Shown here piece by piece: positions 58,953 to 64,000 of a DNA stretch of 64,000 bases; within the stretch, counting starts at the first letter, position 1; each line of letters starts with the position of its first letter. Origin of the DNA: the human T2T-CHM13v2.0 reference genome, Homo sapiens; assembly GCF_009914755.1 (NCBI RefSeq), contig NC_060941.1; one strand, written 5' to 3'. Made by a program: the position numbers and the translations under genes. The notes under the pieces are model-generated. The model had not been told where the DNA came from, did not search any database, and saw nothing but the letters and a program-made list of their open reading frames with translations.

Positions 58953-61232
58953 AAGGCTGCTATTTTTAAAATGTGTGCTACTAAAAGGATATACAAATAA
59001 TGGATCTTTTATAATTAAAGACTATTTTCCTTCCAGGCACCAGACCTGGTTTAGTTCAAATATCTTGAAGAACTCAAGTGTGTTTTTAGGCAGATGCAGA
59101 GTTAATAAAATTCATCCCATCATCTTCTTGTACAGAGGGTCCTGTCACAGATAAAAATGCTCAGAAAGTTTGGGGCCAGCATTTCTGTTCTTTCTCACTC
59201 CCATCCCAACACCACCCAGTTTTCCAGGGCTTTTAAGATTCTTCTGCTAGTTGTTCTCTTTCTTACATATTTCTAATCTTTTCATAATCTTAAATTGTCC
59301 TGTTGTACCTTATCTAAACCACTTACTCCTCCTACCCATCCCACCAGCTTCTGAAGCACATAATCAGCTAAGGTCTGATCAAAAGGGCAAGGTAAAAGAT
59401 ACCCTCTCACTAACTCCTCCTACCCCTGAAAATATCTGTGAGAAGTCATGAGACTGGGGGCTAGGGCATGAGTTTTTCTATGTCATCTTTCCTTACATTT
59501 ACTTCCAAATGCACTAAGACTTTGCCACATATATTTAATCATTGTCAAGAAGCAAATACAGTTTTCTGTTCTAAATAAACTATTTTCACTTGTCTCCTTG
59601 GCTGCTCTACCTCTGTCCTCTCTCCAAGAGAGAAAGGATGGGTAGAAGCTGCTTTATGTTGAAAGATGACTGCAATGCCAGCATTTCAAGAATCTGGTAA
59701 GATGTGCCTTTTGTCTTTTTTAGTCCCATATAGTCTCTTGTGTTAAGCTCCAAAATTATTTTCTCTTCTCAACCTATTCCTATACCACATCTCTGACACT
59801 AACTCTTTATTTCTCCTTTAGGTAATTAATTCTACCCTCACAGTTCCATTCATTTCTGCCAGTTCACAATCATGTGCTTCCCCCTGTGGATTTTGGTTAA
59901 CATCTGTTAAACCCTGAACTATAGGGCCATCCCCTGAATAGTGCAATTCACATTTTGCGAAGCAAATTGCTACATTATTACATAAAATTATCCACTGCTC
60001 AATCTATGTTTTCAGCTATAAATGCTTTAGGACAGTGAGATATGTAGTAACAGCACATCACATTACGTAAAATAGTGTAAGTGCTCCAACTTTAACTTAT
60101 GAGAGTCAAGAAGCTTTGAAAATGTATGGTTTTTATTTCTTAAAGATGGCTTTAAAATAAAGCTTTATAAAAACTTGAAATACACTAAAAGCATGAGCCA
60201 GAAAAATAAAAATTTTAATAAAACTTATAATCACTCACAATTTTAATTTATTTAAGGTATTACTATTCACTGAGGTTGGATACAGTGACAACATTAAGAG
60301 AATAAAAAGTACTTAAAAAGTTTACAATTGGTTAAGAAAGTTATAGAGCAAAATAGTTTATAAAGCTATTTGTAAGTTTGATCTAAAACTCTGTGATTAT
60401 CTGAGAAAATAAAGCCCCTCCATTTATAATAAATTAAGATAATATTCAGGTTGATGTTTCTGACATTCTCAACCAGAGTACTAAAAAGAAGGAAGGCAAA
60501 TACTTTAAAAGATATCCCCTCAAACTGTTTGAATTCGGAAAAAAATATTTCAATTCTGAACCTTTTAAAAATGTGTTTTAATCCTGGCCTTTTTCTTTTT
60601 TTAATTTTGCACACAGCTGTCTGTAGTACTTTTTAGAATCATGCCAGATGCTGGGTTCATCAAGCAAAAGCAGGAAAACAATGGTTTGAAAGCAATTAGA
60701 AGCACTGAGGCTGCAGCAAGGCTCATATTAAAATGTGATAACACTGTTCTAGTGGGAATTTCAACACTGCTCCATTTCTGACATTTCTCTGCTGCCAGAC
60801 AGGCAGGCTGTGTGGAAGGGCACTGTGATCGAGGAGGTAACATACTGGAATTTATTTCTGGAGCAAATGAAGGATTAGCTGAGTTGGAACCCTCCCAAGG
60901 TTTTTATTATGGACTTGGCTACCATTTTATTTGAATGCTACTGGATCCTGTTGGCACCTAACAAAGCTCAAGGAATTAAAGCATATTATAGCCTTGGTTT
61001 TATAAAATAATCTAGCAACAGTCCACTCAGAAGGAGGAAGCATAGAGCTTCTTGTTGCTAAAAAGCAGGGCAGGGGAGCGCAGCAGGGTGAAGGTTAATT
61101 AAACACTCCACTAACTTTCCTTGGAAATGGTTAATGCCACTCTGTGGAGAAGCTTGTAGAGAAGAGACAGGAATAAACAATCCCATTTACACATTTTTAG
61201 CATAAAACCATACGTGGTCAAAGAGGACTCAC

Positions 61233-61258
61233 CTTGGGGCTGAAAATCCCAATAGTAC
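61233..61258 (-). CDS. SKAP1: SKAP1 exon 3, 26-nt coding microexon (codons ~51-60, (R)YYWDFQPQ(G))
   Basis: Minus strand reads ttttttcccccttgtatttcag|GTACTATTGGGATTTTCAGCCCCAAG|gtgagt. The peptide matches recalled SKAP1 ...IKARYYWDFQPQGG... and its phase joins the 43344-43445 exon in frame. Confidence 0.96.
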
Positions 61259-61529
61259 CTGAAATACAAGGGGGAAAAAAAAAGGGAATAAGTCAAACTT
61301 GTATTTCTCAATTTTGGTTGGCCTACCATAGCTATAGCACCTGGTCCAAAAAGCTTGCTAAAGTCTATAACCAGCCAAAGTCACTACTAATTTTGAGAAA
61401 AACAAAAGGTTATCCCTGAGATTTGAAAGAGTCTCAATGGCTTAAAAGATGCATTTAATTCACTGAAATTCCTCACGTAATTTTGACTTTAGAGCTGGAA
61501 AGGTCCTAAAAGGGAACCTAGCGGTGGCC

Positions 61530-61710
61530 TGGGGTTTCTCATCAAGAGCTCTACGGGCTTTCAGCAGGATGGTTCTTTGTTGTGACAATCTGGCCTGTGT
61601 ATTACAGGACTGTGTATTACACTGGTCCTAGGTACCAAATACCAGAGGCATTCCCAGTTGTTATAACAGTCAAACCCCACCACCAACACCAACACATCTC
61701 AAATGCCTCT
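61530..61710. mobile_element. MER20-like hAT MITE remnant
   Basis: ttctttgttgtg...cctgtgtattacagga...cccagttgttataac...acacatctcaaatgcctctg. Confidence 0.5.
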
Positions 61711-61719
61711 GAAGCCTAA

Positions 61720-61794
61720 TTTTTTTTTTCTCTGTTACCCAGGCTGGAGTACAGTGACACAATCATAGCTCACTGCAGCCTCGAACTCCTGGGC
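61720..61794 (-). mobile_element. Alu fragment
   Basis: ctctgttacccaggctggagtacagtg...ctcactgcagcctcgaactcctgggct. Confidence 0.8.
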
Positions 61795-61838
61795 TTTGCC
61801 TTTTAAACCTAAATTCTTAATTTTACAAGTGAAACATG

Positions 61839-62225
<387 letters not shown>

Positions 62226-62323
62226 TCTGAGCCAAGAATGGGGCTCTTGCAGTTCATTGTACCATCCTATCTCCTCTATTATTTTGGGAAATAATTGGCA
62301 AAACTGACAACCCTTGAAGTCTT

Positions 62324-62690
62324 TTATTTATCTATTTTTTTTTCTGAGACTAGGCCTTGCTCTATCACCCAAGCTGGAATGCAATGGCATGAACGTCACT
62401 CACTGCAACCTTGACCTGCTGGGCTCAAGGGATCCTCCTACCTCAGCCTCCCATGTAGCTGGGGCCACAGGCACACGCCACCACACCTAGATGCTTACAC
62501 ACATTACTACTAATTCTCAACAACCTTGCAATGAGAGACTGAAAAACAGTTACTGTTTTTTTGTTTTTGTTTTTGTTTTTGTTTTGTAGCGATGGGGTCT
62601 CACTTTGTTGCCCAGGCTGGGGCTTAAGCAATCCTCCCACTTTGGCATCCCAAAGTGTTGGGATTGCAGGGATGAGCCACTGCATCCAGC
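62324..62690 (-). mobile_element. AluJ carrying a 64-bp non-Alu insert at its central linker
   Basis: Right arm ~62345-62489, insert 62490-62553, left arm to 62690; TSD caacccttgaagtctt at 62308-62323 and 62690-62705. Confidence 0.9.
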
Positions 62691-63282
62691 AACCCTTGAA
62701 GTCTTAAACTAACAAAATAGCAGTGGTGGAAAGGATCATTTGTAAGTCACTTATTTGGAAACTAAATTGCATTTCTTTCCCCACAAAAACAATGTTATAT
62801 ATGATGGTTACCCAAGAAAGGCTACTGTATTTTGGATCCCATTTCCTCCTGCCTTCACAGGAACTTTACATTATTCTTTATCAATTTTTCTCTTGTCTGT
62901 ATTCAACCTCTTCCTCTCAGTTTGGCCCTTTCCATCAGCATTTATGCTCATATAAAAATAAAGCAAATCCTCCCTCACCCCTTCACATCCCTCCACCTGC
63001 TGTCCTGTTTCCCGTCACATCACAGTGACATTTTCAAAAGCACTGTCTACACTTGGCTCATTTTATTCCCTCACTGCCCACTCACTCAACATCCTCCAGT
63101 CAGGCTCAGAGCCATTGCATATTAACTCTTGCTATAGACATAATAACCTTCACACCACCAAATATAAGGGATGCTTTTCTATCCTCATTTTGACCTCTCA
63201 GGAGTGTAGATGTGCGTCGGAGCTTTTTTTTTTTTTTTTTAACCTAGGGAGGGAGTCCACAGTTTTTTATAGAATTCTTTTG

Positions 63283-63480
63283 CAGGGGTGCCCAAGGGAG
63301 AGAATACATTCATGGGTTCTTAGTTTCTGTTTCTGGTGGGCCACTAAAGCCCCTTCCTCATCCCTCTTTTCCACTTATCACTAGAGGTAGAAACTAAAAA
63401 TCATGGCTTCACCCTGCTAAAAGCCTAAAACAAAAACAAAAGAAAAACAACAACAAAATAAGGCAGGTTGGACAAGCTTG
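63283..63480 (+). mobile_element. MER30B (hAT-Charlie MITE)
   Basis: caggggtgcccaagggagagaatac...gggttcttagtttctgtttctgg...ggttggacaagcttg matches the recalled MER30B consensus end to end. Confidence 0.85.
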
Positions 63481-64000
63481 CAGTTTAAAGGGTCCATAAA
63501 CCCCCCAAAAAGATGCAGAAAAGGTGATAGGTGATAATGGTGTGTCTTCTAGTACATACATTACTAAAATTAGGCTTAGCTTCTTCAGGGAAGAGTATCA
63601 GCCCAGTGAGTATATTGGTTATTTCTTTAGTGTGTGACAAATTTTCAGAAAATAAAGACAGAAGAGGTCAGTGGAGAATAAGTATGTTGCCATAATTCAC
63701 AGTTTAATTTGGGGAACATTATCAGACATAAGAAAGTGGAGAAGAAACCTGACAATTTGTCCTTCCTTGTTCCTTTCCTTTTCCAGAACAGTTCCTGGGT
63801 TGGCAATCAGGTGAAGAGAAATGTAAGATACTTGGGTTAGAGGGTGAGGAAATTCCAGGACAGCTTTGACATCTGCAGTAGCAAAGGGGAGAGGAAGGGG
63901 CAGAGGACGGGGTAGGAAGGGGCAGAGGACGGGGTGGGAAGTGGAACACTTCAAAACCTGGGAAGAAGGAGTGTCCATATCAATGCAGGGGCATATGTAA

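Overview
Human (primate) genomic DNA, AT-rich and dense in Alu, MIR, L2, old L1 and hAT/Tigger relics. It lies inside SKAP1 (SKAP55, 17q21.32, flanking the HOXB cluster), transcribed on the minus strand. Only two coding exons are present: a 26-nt exon at 61233-61258 (RYYWDFQPQG, exon 3) and a 102-nt exon at 43344-43445 ([35 protein letters not shown], exon 4). The rest is intron (part of intron 2, all of intron 3, first 43 kb of intron 4). The other ORFs in the track are repeat-derived or chance. Best second-look signals: (1) a 13-kb Alu-free stretch (2.8-16 kb) with three clusters of nuclear-receptor direct repeats (perfect DR1, DR1, DR2, DR3, a near-perfect DR5, NBRE, RORE) and a CpG-retaining octamer element, a candidate retinoid/nuclear-receptor enhancer array that may serve HOXB or SKAP1; (2) several same-orientation CTCF-like motifs; (3) a 64-bp local sequence copied into the middle of an Alu 4.2 kb away; (4) recent perfect tandem duplications; (5) candidate poison exons. 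Gene identity and exon numbers are from recalled protein sequence. Repeat families were assigned by eye and their boundaries are approximate. Regulatory function is inferred, not shown.
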